Below, one piece after another: positions 1 through 9,444 of a stretch of 64,000 bases of DNA. Source of the stretch: an uncultured Gammaproteobacteria bacterium (GTDB lineage: Bacteria > Patescibacteriota > Patescibacteriia > UBA11705 > JABHMO01); the NCBI GenBank assembly GCA_964590105.1, contig CAZPYM010000002.1:154697-218696 (forward strand), in the 5' to 3' direction. The position numbers and the translations under genes are program-made. Below the pieces are notes generated by a model. That model was not told where the DNA came from, did no database searches, and saw only the letters and a program-made list of their open reading frames with translations. How positions within the stretch are numbered: the first letter of the stretch is position 1; the number at the start of each line of letters is the position of its first letter.

Positions 1-276
1 ACCGCGGGTGATGGTTTTATGAATTCCGAAACACCATTCTTGTCCGTCTCCGCGGCAAGGCACGACGAGAATGCGGTGCGATGCTTTGTGTTCGGTAATG
101 GAATCCTCAATTTCATAAACTGCGCAATTCTCCGGAGAAACAGCTGCGTGCGCGCCGAGAAAATCACTTAATCCCGGCAATTCAGCAGTGAGATTTTCCA
201 TTGATTGTTTAATTGATGCTGGGACCATATCCCGGTGAAGTCGGCACTGCAGTAACCCCTGAATATTAAACTCCAT
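1..276 (-). CDS. Hypothetical protein, N-terminal part (gene continues beyond the window start). Higher-GC gene with GGAGA SD and TTGACA-17-TAGGAT promoter on the minus strand.
   Basis: Manual reverse-complement translation from ATG at 276 (MEFNIQGLLQCRLHRDMVPASIKQSM...) runs without a stop to position 1. AAGGAGAAAAATG on the minus strand. No family recognised. Confidence 0.4.
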   Translation of the reverse strand, partial: MEFNIQGLLQCRLHRDMVPASIKQSMENLTAELPGLSDFLGAHAAVSPENCAVYEIEDSITEHKASHRILVVPCRGDGQEWCFGIHKTITRG

Positions 277-332
277 TTTTCTCCTTGCATTTGTTGGACT
301 GTTAAAGGAACAAAAAACAATGGAACGTTTTT

Positions 333-361
333 ATCCTATCACATAGTTTTGTTTTTGTCAA
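333..361 (-). promoter_or_regulatory. Sigma70-like promoter TTGACA-17-TAGGAT for the partial gene at 1..276.
   Basis: The minus strand reads TTGACAaaaacaaaactatgtgaTAGGAT, ~55 nt upstream of the ATG. Confidence 0.4.
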
Positions 362-497
362 AGGGTGATTAGATTGCAAACCAAAAGCCACCCTTTTTAT
401 GGATGACTTTTGTTATTCGCTTTTGCGTTGTTTCGCGTTTAGTTTGGCGCCTACCTGCCGAAATTTCAATGTAGGCAGGTCGTTCCGCGTGTTTCCT

Positions 498-2150
<1,653 letters not shown>

Positions 2151-2175
2151 TTATTTTATTTACTAATTAATAAAA

Positions 2176-2463
2176 TTATTCAACGATTGCCAGAACGTCG
2201 TCTTCTTTTAAAACTAAGTATTCCTGTTCGTCGACCTTGATTTCATTGGGAGAGTATTTTGTGAAGAGAATTTTATCTCCTTGTTTCACAGACATCGGTA
2301 ATCGAGTGCCGCTGTCAGTCAGCTTGCCAGGACCCACGGCGATTACTTCGCCTTGCTCCGGTTTTTCCTTGTTTACAGTGTCCGGAAGAATAATTCCTGA
2401 AGTTGTTTTTTCTTCTTTTGAGATCGGCTTAACGATCAGATGGTCATTGAGGGGCTTTAACAT
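2176..2463 (-). CDS. groS: Co-chaperonin GroES (10 kDa chaperonin).
   Basis: The ORF track gives 143 aa. The conserved GroES body starts at the internal Met (MLKPLNDHLIVKP...), giving ~95 aa from ATG at 2463. Confidence 0.92.
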   Translation of the reverse strand: MLKPLNDHLIVKPISKEEKTTSGIILPDTVNKEKPEQGEVIAVGPGKLTDSGTRLPMSVKQGDKILFTKYSPNEIKVDEQEYLVLKEDDVLAIVE

Positions 2464-2815
2464 ATTAAATACATGATTACTGATTTGTACTGATATGCCG
2501 ATAGAGGGCGTTGAGAGGCGGAAGAAGATAGAATGAAAAATTAGATTCGCTATCTTCCTTAGTCTTCTATATCTTCCCCAGCCCCTTCCCCCTTTCCCGT
2601 ATAGCAAGTAAAATCAACAGATCAAATATTATTATAATTATTGATTAATATTACATTAAATAATTAGCAAAAGTCAAGTGGCCTGTCAAGGGGTTGTGGC
2701 GGCGGATTTTACGAAATATTGACAAGCATATTTGGTTTTTTTGCTCGGCGGGCTGGTGGTGGGATTCATTGCTTACTTTCTCGAGGAGCAATTGGCTCCG
2801 GCGGAAAAATAATAA

Positions 2816-2847
2816 AGAGCTCGGTTAATAGACCGGCTCTTTTTTCT
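2816..2847. terminator. Bidirectional intrinsic terminator (hairpin agagctcgg-ttaatag-accggctct plus T-run).
   Basis: GC-rich stem followed by tttttt. Lies just downstream of the minus-strand gene ending at 2860. Confidence 0.55.
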
Positions 2848-2859
2848 TGAAAAGCGAAT

Positions 2860-3423
2860 TTACTTTTTTGAGGATCTGATAATGTGGCGAAGTTGGCGGC
2901 GGTAGCTGAACCGGCGCAGAGGCGGGAACAACCATTCTGCCACGGTCATGAAGATGGCGGCGAATTGTTTCAGATCCTTCCGCGGGCTGCGGCCGGCGTC
3001 AAAGTCAATTCCCTGCACTTCGAATTCGCAGGGAAGACAGGCCTTGGCAATCAACCAGACTTTGCTTTGTCTGGTTTTCTCGCAAAAGACAATTGCGCGA
3101 CTGGCTTCCTGGCTATCTGCGACCTTTGCCGCCGCTTCCAGATTTTCCCAGCTGGTGATGGTTGTGCTGATCGGAAGGTAGATGAAAGCTCGGACGCACG
3201 AGATGCTGTCAAAAATGCGGCAGAGCAATCCCCGCATTTCATCAGCTTCGGATTTTTCAGGATAATGAATGTTTGTCCTGCCGCCGCACAAAACAATCGT
3301 GTGAATCAAGCGATCTGCGATCGTTTTCGCGACAACGGTCAAATAGCTTTTGTAATTGCCGTCTTTCAAAATATCCGGCGGGACGCCGTAGCCCATGATA
3401 ATGGCAATTGTTTGTCCTTTCAT
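2860..3423 (-). CDS. DUF218 / YdcF-SanA-ElyC family protein.
   Basis: The conserved body starts at the internal Met (MKGQTIAIIMGYGVPPD...) with GGAGGAAAAAATG upstream. Motif pattern fits DUF218. Family call from memory. Confidence 0.55.
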   Translation of the reverse strand: MKGQTIAIIMGYGVPPDILKDGNYKSYLTVVAKTIADRLIHTIVLCGGRTNIHYPEKSEADEMRGLLCRIFDSISCVRAFIYLPISTTITSWENLEAAAKVADSQEASRAIVFCEKTRQSKVWLIAKACLPCEFEVQGIDFDAGRSPRKDLKQFAAIFMTVAEWLFPPLRRFSYRRQLRHIIRSSKK

Positions 3424-3448
3424 TTTTTCCTCCTCGTTCAAAGAACGA

Positions 3449-4438
3449 TTATATATCTTTACTATAATAATCAAATAATTGCAAGTGCAGGCGGAGCAGG
3501 CGCTTGGCATTTTTTCTTCCGACGCACAGATCAACCAGGATAGAGCCGGTTAATCTTTCCAAAAGCATAATTGGAAAAATAGCGTCAAAATCGTTTTGTT
3601 TTTTTACCCACGGAATTCGCCGGTAATTTTCTCGCCAGTCTTCAATCAATTCAATTGCTTGAAGAGAAGAAGTTTTGTTCGGCAGGCGGAGCAGGCAGGC
3701 CCAGATATTGAAAGTCAGATCATAATATTTTGGCCGGAATCCCCAGAATAAGTTTGACATCAAAACAAATTTTCCTTTGTTAATAAAAATATCATTGGCC
3801 GACAAATGGCCGTGGCTAAAGATTAATGGGATCTGCTCGAAATGTTTATTTAGAATTTGTTCGAACCGGCTGACTCTTTTGCCCTGAATGTTCTGCGACC
3901 AGCATTTGTTATGCTTGGAAATTTTGGTCCAGTTGTTTAGCCGCTTGATTACCGCCGCTTTTGTGCAAAGATCGTTTTTCCACCAGGCTTGGGCTACGGT
4001 TTTTGTCCTGTATTCATTGTAAAAGCGGCAGAACATCTGCTTCTGTTTTTTATCGGCCAGGGGCATTAGAAAAATGTTTTTCAGAGGGATTCTTTCTAAA
4101 ATCAAAAAGCCGAATTTGTTCTTTGTATTCCATTTTTGGCCGGCGTAAACTTTTGGCAGGCGGATTCGGCGCGATTTATTGTTTTTTTGGAATTTTTCAA
4201 AAATTGTCATTTCGTCAATCTCCGGTCGCAGGCCTTGAATTTTTAAAATAGCTGGCTTGTTTTTGTAGGTTCCCGCGAAAATAATGCTGCCGATTTTATC
4301 TTTGTCATAAATAATGCCGCGCCAGATTTCTTTTTGAATATTAAATTTAGTTTTCGGAATAATAACAGCTAGCGCACTTTGCAATTTGAGCGAAAAATCT
4401 TTTTGCGTAAAATATTTCTCTGTAATTTTATTTGACAT
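3449..4438 (-). CDS. Protein-kinase-like / aminoglycoside-phosphotransferase-fold protein.
   Basis: 329 aa. Brenner-like motif HGHLSANDIF and a downstream YYDLTF (DxxxxN-like) typical of the APH/choline-kinase fold. The catalytic Asp position reads His. Confidence 0.45.
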   Translation of the reverse strand: MSNKITEKYFTQKDFSLKLQSALAVIIPKTKFNIQKEIWRGIIYDKDKIGSIIFAGTYKNKPAILKIQGLRPEIDEMTIFEKFQKNNKSRRIRLPKVYAGQKWNTKNKFGFLILERIPLKNIFLMPLADKKQKQMFCRFYNEYRTKTVAQAWWKNDLCTKAAVIKRLNNWTKISKHNKCWSQNIQGKRVSRFEQILNKHFEQIPLIFSHGHLSANDIFINKGKFVLMSNLFWGFRPKYYDLTFNIWACLLRLPNKTSSLQAIELIEDWRENYRRIPWVKKQNDFDAIFPIMLLERLTGSILVDLCVGRKNAKRLLRLHLQLFDYYSKDI

Positions 4439-4494
4439 GAAAAATATATAGGAGAAAATAATGGAAGCGGCTAATCCGCCAATTCGCTAATTCA

Positions 4495-4899
4495 CTAATC
4501 AACCAATTCTCGCGCCTCGTTTAAAACCGCCTCCACATTCGGCGCGCAGTTTTCCGGCAGAGAATTGATGTCAAACCAATCCCATTCTTTGATGTCGGCG
4601 CCAGGCTGAATTTCATTGATTCGTTCGGCTAAATAATGGATTAAAATCACTTGAGTTTTCGGGTCGTTCGGTTTCTGAACCATCATCGGCTTTAATGGTT
4701 TAATAATTTTTAGATCAATGCCCATTTCTTCCTTTGCCTCGCGTCGGCAGGCGGTTTCAAGCGAATCAAGTTCATTATCAAAATCAAAATTTTCCACCCG
4801 GCCGCCGGGAAATTTCCAAAAATTATCACCCCCATGTTTATTCAGTAGAACTTTGTTGTTTTCAATTATTACCGGACCGGAAGCGATTATAAAGTTCAT
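4495..4899 (-). CDS. NUDIX hydrolase.
   Basis: Nudix box GGRVENFDFDNELDSLETACRREAKEEMGIDL (GX5EX7REUXEEXGU pattern). Confidence 0.8.
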   Translation of the reverse strand: MNFIIASGPVIIENNKVLLNKHGGDNFWKFPGGRVENFDFDNELDSLETACRREAKEEMGIDLKIIKPLKPMMVQKPNDPKTQVILIHYLAERINEIQPGADIKEWDWFDINSLPENCAPNVEAVLNEARELVD

Positions 4900-6206
4900 A
4901 GGGTTTTGAAATTATTATTTTTGACTAACGATAAAACGATTGCGACGAGCATTATTCCAAAATAAAAACTCCACAAGTAGTGATCAAATAGGGCTAGGCC
5001 GGCCAGGGCGGCGAGACAGGTGAGCCCGGTCAGGCGTTCGGCGGACCAGGACACGCATTTGAATAGATTAAATAAAACATAAAAAACAAACAAAAGGATC
5101 GAGGCTAAGCCGAGAATCCCAAGCTCGGCAAAAATCAGCAGATAAGTATTGTGAATTGGCTGATAGTCCCAAGCCGATTTTGTTGAATCCTGCGAATAAA
5201 GCCGGACAACATAATTTCCAGGTCCGGTTCCGGTTAGCCAGGTAGATGTTAAAATTTGTCCTGCTTCGCCGTATTGTTCAACGCGCGTAACATTTGAAAT
5301 GTTTTCTACTCGGTTGCTTGACAGCGTTCTGGTTAAAATCAGCTCGGGAAATGAAACCGTGAAAACTACAAAAATAAATAAGGCGATCAGCGCGAATTTG
5401 GCTGAAGCCTTATTTAAGACAATGTTTTTTCTGGACAAGAAAGTAAGAATGATTATGCCGACAACAAAAGATAAAATTGCAGCCCGGGATAAAGTCGTCA
5501 TTAAGCCAAGAAAGTTAACAACAAAAACCAAGCGCAGAAGATTTTGCGGTTTTTTCGTTTTGATGATTGAATACAGGCCGATGATTAAAATTAAACCGAT
5601 AACTAAAAATCCTGCTAAAATATTCGGATGGGGCAATGAGCCGAAACTTCTGAGCCACCTTAAATTTTCCAGCTGAACAACCGGCACCCCGAGCGTTTCA
5701 GGATTTTGTCCAGCCATTCCCAGCCATTTGTTGGCAAATATTTCTTGCGTCATGAATTGTTGGATGGCCAAGATGCTTTGCAAAAGACCGCCTAAAATAA
5801 TTGCCCAGGAAAATTTTTGCCAATCAAGTTTCATCGCCGCTATTATGGCGAATAGAGCCGCCGCCATAATTAAGTGGCTGAATTTATAAAATGCAAGTTG
5901 CGGGTTTAAAGCAAGAAAGCAAGAAAGCGAGACGAGTAAGAGAATTAGGACTAACAAAAACACTCGTCTTAATTGTTTTTTTGTTTTTTTGATTTCCTGA
6001 TTTTTTACCAATCGCGCGATTGCGTAAACAATCGATAAAATAAGGATTAACCCAAATAACAATTCCGTCGCATACAAACTGAAAGTGCCGTATTCCCATT
6101 TTTCTCCGTTTAAAAATCCCTGCTGGTAGATCCAGCGGGTTTGCAGTGGCAGTAGAAAAATGAAAGTGTATAATAGCCATTCTATTGTTTGTTTGAGATG
6201 TCGCAT
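4896..6206 (-). CDS. O-antigen ligase / Wzy-like polytopic membrane protein.
   Basis: 436 aa, >10 predicted TM segments, loop architecture typical of the O-antigen polymerase/ligase family. Family call is tentative. Confidence 0.5.
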   Translation of the reverse strand: MRHLKQTIEWLLYTFIFLLPLQTRWIYQQGFLNGEKWEYGTFSLYATELLFGLILILSIVYAIARLVKNQEIKKTKKQLRRVFLLVLILLLVSLSCFLALNPQLAFYKFSHLIMAAALFAIIAAMKLDWQKFSWAIILGGLLQSILAIQQFMTQEIFANKWLGMAGQNPETLGVPVVQLENLRWLRSFGSLPHPNILAGFLVIGLILIIGLYSIIKTKKPQNLLRLVFVVNFLGLMTTLSRAAILSFVVGIIILTFLSRKNIVLNKASAKFALIALFIFVVFTVSFPELILTRTLSSNRVENISNVTRVEQYGEAGQILTSTWLTGTGPGNYVVRLYSQDSTKSAWDYQPIHNTYLLIFAELGILGLASILLFVFYVLFNLFKCVSWSAERLTGLTCLAALAGLALFDHYLWSFYFGIMLVAIVLSLVKNNNFKTL

Positions 6207-6380
6207 ATTATGAATAGGGCGGAATTGCGCTGTTGTGGGGGTTCAAAATCCTGAACCTTTACAACGCGGCGCGTTTTTATGTCTTGACCTGGCCGCCTTT
6301 TCTTGTTAACATAATAAGGCTTTTGTTGTTGTTTGACAATAAATCTCTCGACTGCGCTCGAGATCTATGAGGAGGGAAAA

Positions 6381-6782
6381 ATGTTTTATGCCCAGATAGC
6401 TTTTTTTTCGGTATTCTCCCTGTTCGCCGCGTGCGGCAGTTCCGCGAACAAGTCGGAAAGCAAAAAAGACGTTGACCCGGTGTTGCGGCAAACAGCTGAT
6501 GAAGCGTCGTGCGATCGGTTTGCCGAGGGCGAAGTCAAAGTGTTGAGGCGCGCTCAGACGCTCATGTGCCTGAACAATGGCGACGCCGGTGTTGTGCTGG
6601 AGCTGGCTTCAGAGCCGAGCGAGGACAGCGGCACGAAGATTGTTTACGATCTGCCTGCGCGTGGTTCGCAAAAATTCACCTTGCCCTTTATTGACGGATT
6701 TACAGTTAATGATATTTACGCTCGCCTTGATCGCGGCGAATGGCGCAAATTGTGCCGGGGAAGTAATCCGGCCGAAGAATAA
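6381..6782 (+). CDS. Small lipoprotein with 4 Cys. High-GC cassette.
   Basis: Start at the internal Met preceded by GAGGAGGGAAAAATG. Lipobox LFAAC-G. GC visibly higher than the backbone. No family recognised. Confidence 0.55.
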   Translation: MFYAQIAFFSVFSLFAACGSSANKSESKKDVDPVLRQTADEASCDRFAEGEVKVLRRAQTLMCLNNGDAGVVLELASEPSEDSGTKIVYDLPARGSQKFTLPFIDGFTVNDIYARLDRGEWRKLCRGSNPAEE

Positions 6783-6818
6783 ACTTATAGTCGATTGATC
6801 GCAATATCCGTAATACAA

Positions 6819-6845
6819 CTTCCGAACGCATTCGGGAGTTTTTTG
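6819..6845 (+). terminator. Intrinsic terminator cttCCGAAcgcaTTCGGgagTTTTTT. Near-identical copy at 13196..13225.
   Basis: 5-6 bp GC stem plus U-run. ~30 nt nearly identical to the second copy. Confidence 0.6.
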
Positions 6846-6869
6846 TTGAATAAAGTATTTCTGCCCGGC

Positions 6870-6898
6870 TTGACAGCGCAGATTTTTTCACTTATACT
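6870..6898 (+). promoter_or_regulatory. Sigma70-type promoter TTGACA-17-TATACT upstream of the radical-SAM gene.
   Basis: TTGACA at 6870-6875, 17-nt spacer, TATACT at 6893-6898. SD GAAGGAGG 6 nt before ATG at 6962. Confidence 0.55.
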
Positions 6899-6961
6899 GT
6901 TTTATTCTGATTGCACTTTGACAAGTCGATTCATTAACCTTTGGCAGAAGGAGGATAGGCA

Positions 6962-8326
6962 ATGCCGAGGAAGCAGCAGTTTGAAGTTGACGGCGTGAGG
7001 CACGCCACTATCAATGGTCATCGCTTTCATTTGCGGTGGACTGATCCGGGGAAAGATAATTTTCTCTGGATTGACGGCAAGCAGCCGCCATTGATACTGG
7101 ATCAGACAGCGGCAGATTTTGTCGCGCATTTGATTGACGCCATGTGGCTATTTCAGACCGGCGCGGGAGACAATTCTGCCCAAGTGATTAGACATGTTGT
7201 AGACAAAATGTATGACTGCTACGGGCGATCATCGATCATTCGAAAAAAGCGGGTCACAAGGGCCAGGATTGAAGCGGATTTCCAGCGGATTTTCGGCATG
7301 CTTATGGCGGTGGCCGACAGCGGTTGTCCGTATGAATCCGGGCTTGATTCCAAGGAGATCAATTATGGCGTCTGGGCGGCGCCGGCGCGCATGGATCTGG
7401 CAGTGACGTATCGATGCAATCTGCAGTGTAGCAAATGCTATCTTGGCGAGCGTAGCTCGCCGGATATGCCATTCGAATCATGGTTGGAAGTCTACAAAAG
7501 GCTTTGGGAAATCGGCATTTCACAGGTGGTGTTCACCGGAGGGGAGCCTTTGCTTCGTCCGGACATTGTGCAGTTGGTGTCCGAGGCAGACGAATTTGTC
7601 ACCGGGCTTATCACCAATGGAACAGAGCTCGCCCGGTTGGCACAGCCGTTGCGCGACGCCAGCCTGGATTATGTCCAGGTGACGATTGAATCTGCTTTCC
7701 CAACGGTTCACGATCTGATGACACAGACGCCCGGTTCATTGATGAAGACAATGGCCGGCATCAGGGCGGCGGTTGAGTGTGGATTACAGGTGGTGACCAA
7801 TACAACTCTGACAAAAGAGAATGCTGATGGTTTTTGCCGGCTTTTGCGCCAGTTAGAAGGACTCGGCGTGAAAAATGTCGCTTGCAACACGCTCATTTGC
7901 AGCGGACGCGGCACATATCATCGCATGCAGAATGGTCTTTCTGATGCAGAATTGCTCGCCGTAATCAAGCCGGCGCTGGCTGTGGCAAGAGACCTTGGTC
8001 AGAATCTGCAGTGGTATTCGCCGACCTGTTATAATCAGGGTGTGAATCCGATTGAGCTGGGCTTTGGCGTGAAGGCGTGTTCAGCCGCAGCTCACAACAT
8101 GATGGTTGGGCCGGATGGCGAAGTGTTTCCGTGCCAGTCATGGCCGAAATCGGTTGGAAACATCTTGCTGAATAGCTGGCCGGCAATCTGGGAACATCCC
8201 ACGTGCGTGGCTTTGCGCAATCACGAAATGGCGCCCGCGGCTTGCCGCGATTGCGAGCATTTGTCCGTCTGTGGCGGAGGATGCCCGCTCGACAAGGACG
8301 CGCGTCTCGGCGAGGTGAAGTCATGA
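6962..8326 (+). CDS. Radical SAM / SPASM-domain protein with ~130 aa N-terminal (RRE-like) extension. Putative peptide/protein-modifying maturase.
   Basis: CNLQCSKC (CX3CX2C, Cys152/156/159). C-terminal Cys cluster C-X2-C-X5-C-X3-C (CRDCEHLSVCGGGC) plus upstream CNTLICSG / CYNQG / CSAAAH, typical of the SPASM twitch. Stop overlaps the next start (ATGA). Confidence 0.85.
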   Translation: MPRKQQFEVDGVRHATINGHRFHLRWTDPGKDNFLWIDGKQPPLILDQTAADFVAHLIDAMWLFQTGAGDNSAQVIRHVVDKMYDCYGRSSIIRKKRVTRARIEADFQRIFGMLMAVADSGCPYESGLDSKEINYGVWAAPARMDLAVTYRCNLQCSKCYLGERSSPDMPFESWLEVYKRLWEIGISQVVFTGGEPLLRPDIVQLVSEADEFVTGLITNGTELARLAQPLRDASLDYVQVTIESAFPTVHDLMTQTPGSLMKTMAGIRAAVECGLQVVTNTTLTKENADGFCRLLRQLEGLGVKNVACNTLICSGRGTYHRMQNGLSDAELLAVIKPALAVARDLGQNLQWYSPTCYNQGVNPIELGFGVKACSAAAHNMMVGPDGEVFPCQSWPKSVGNILLNSWPAIWEHPTCVALRNHEMAPAACRDCEHLSVCGGGCPLDKDARLGEVKS

Positions 8327-9294
8327 ACAAGAGCATACTGGCGCTGCTGGCTTTTTGCCTGGCCCTGCCTGCGACAAAAGCGTTGGCCGGCGATACCGGC
8401 ACATACGAAATTCTGGATTACAGGGTCAATCTGACGCCGCGCGCTGACGGCACGGTGGATATTGACTATTATCAGAAATGGGCAGTGACCGGCGGGCACA
8501 TTCCATGGATTACGGTCGGCCTGCCGAACAGCGATTACGAAATCAAGAAAAGTTCAGGCAATGCCGCCTCCATCAAGCCGGCCAATAGCGGCGGTTGGAG
8601 CGGTGTTCGTCTGGATCTAGACCGGGATTATCAGCCGGACGAGACATTTGAGGTGAACTTTTCCATTGTTCAGACCAAGTTGTTCTGGGCTGATGAAGAA
8701 AAGTATTACCTCGCATACACTCCGGGCTGGTATGATCAGGCTCCGGTTCATAACTTGGACGTAACGGTACGCTTTTTTGCCAAGCTGGAATCGGTCACGG
8801 CCGAGCCGGAACCAAGCAAAAATGGCGATGAAACTTTGAGCTGGCAAACTTCGCTGGGCAAGGGCCAGAAGTTCAGCTTTGAGATTTCTTTTCCAAAGGC
8901 AGTGTTTGAGCAACCGATTTCGGAAGAAAATCTGAAAGATACTGGCGGAGTCGGTTGGTTGATCATCCTCATTATCTTCATTCTGCTAGTTGTCGTTATT
9001 ATTTTCCTCGCCGCCAGCGGAGTTTTTGGCGGGGGCGGATTTGGCGGCGGGGATGATGACGACGGGTACAGCGGTGGTAGCATTTTTTACGGTGGCGGCA
9101 GCGGAGGCGGATCTGGCGGTGGCGGCCGTTCAGCCGGCGGCGGAGGTGGCTTTGGCGGACGAACCAGTTCGTGCGCCTGTGCCTGTGTATCCTGCGCCTG
9201 TGCTTGCGCTTGCGCCGGCGGCGGCGGGGCTGGTTGCGACCGCAAAGCCAAGCATCTGTGTCCTGTTTGCAATCAAACAAGGGCAGAGAGCTAG
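8323..9294 (+). CDS. DUF2207-like exported membrane protein with Gly-rich tail extended by a (Cys-Ala)n repeat and a CxxC end.
   Basis: The start overlaps the rSAM stop (ATGA). Signal peptide MNKSILALLAFCLALPATKALA. ~200 aa ectodomain resembling the DUF2207 N-domain (TYEILDYRVNLTPRADGTVDIDYY...). One TM (WLIILIIFILLVVVIIFLAA). Tail GGGGFGGGDDDDGYSGG...GGGGGFGGRTSSCACACVSCACACACAGGGGAGCDRKAKHLCPVCNQTRAES. Confidence 0.7.
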   Translation: MNKSILALLAFCLALPATKALAGDTGTYEILDYRVNLTPRADGTVDIDYYQKWAVTGGHIPWITVGLPNSDYEIKKSSGNAASIKPANSGGWSGVRLDLDRDYQPDETFEVNFSIVQTKLFWADEEKYYLAYTPGWYDQAPVHNLDVTVRFFAKLESVTAEPEPSKNGDETLSWQTSLGKGQKFSFEISFPKAVFEQPISEENLKDTGGVGWLIILIIFILLVVVIIFLAASGVFGGGGFGGGDDDDGYSGGSIFYGGGSGGGSGGGGRSAGGGGGFGGRTSSCACACVSCACACACAGGGGAGCDRKAKHLCPVCNQTRAES

Positions 9295-9367
9295 CCGGAT
9301 TACGGCTAAATAGAAAACAATTCCCTGGACCTAGTTAAGTTCAGGGAGTTTTATTTGTATGGGACAC

Positions 9368-9396
9368 TTGACAAATTATAAGTTTCTTTATATGAT
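9368..9396 (+). promoter_or_regulatory. Sigma70-type promoter TTGACA-17-TATGAT.
   Basis: Consensus hexamers with a 17-nt spacer, ~50 nt upstream of ATG 9445 (SD AAGGGAGG). Confidence 0.5.
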
Positions 9397-9444
9397 TTTA
9401 TAATTACCCGAACATTGACAACTGACAAATTAAGGGAGGGTTTA

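Noticed and set aside
2464-2650. Searched the groES upstream region for the HrcA CIRCE element (TTAGCACTC-N9-GAGTGCTAA).
   Set aside because: No match on either strand. Only the purine/pyrimidine hairpin and TACTGAT repeats are present.
2690-2812. A 26-codon hydrophobic peptide (TTG start, LVFLLGGLVVGFIAYFLEEQLAPAEK) between groES and the DUF218 gene, ending at the terminator.
   Set aside because: No ATG or SD. Too short and unsupported to call, although a small membrane peptide is possible.
8999-9280. Arg-rich (93 aa) and Pro-rich (9087..9272) minus-strand ORFs.
   Set aside because: These are alternate-frame artefacts of the GGC/GGN-rich Gly-tail coding sequence. No start context, and they lie inside a well-supported + strand gene.
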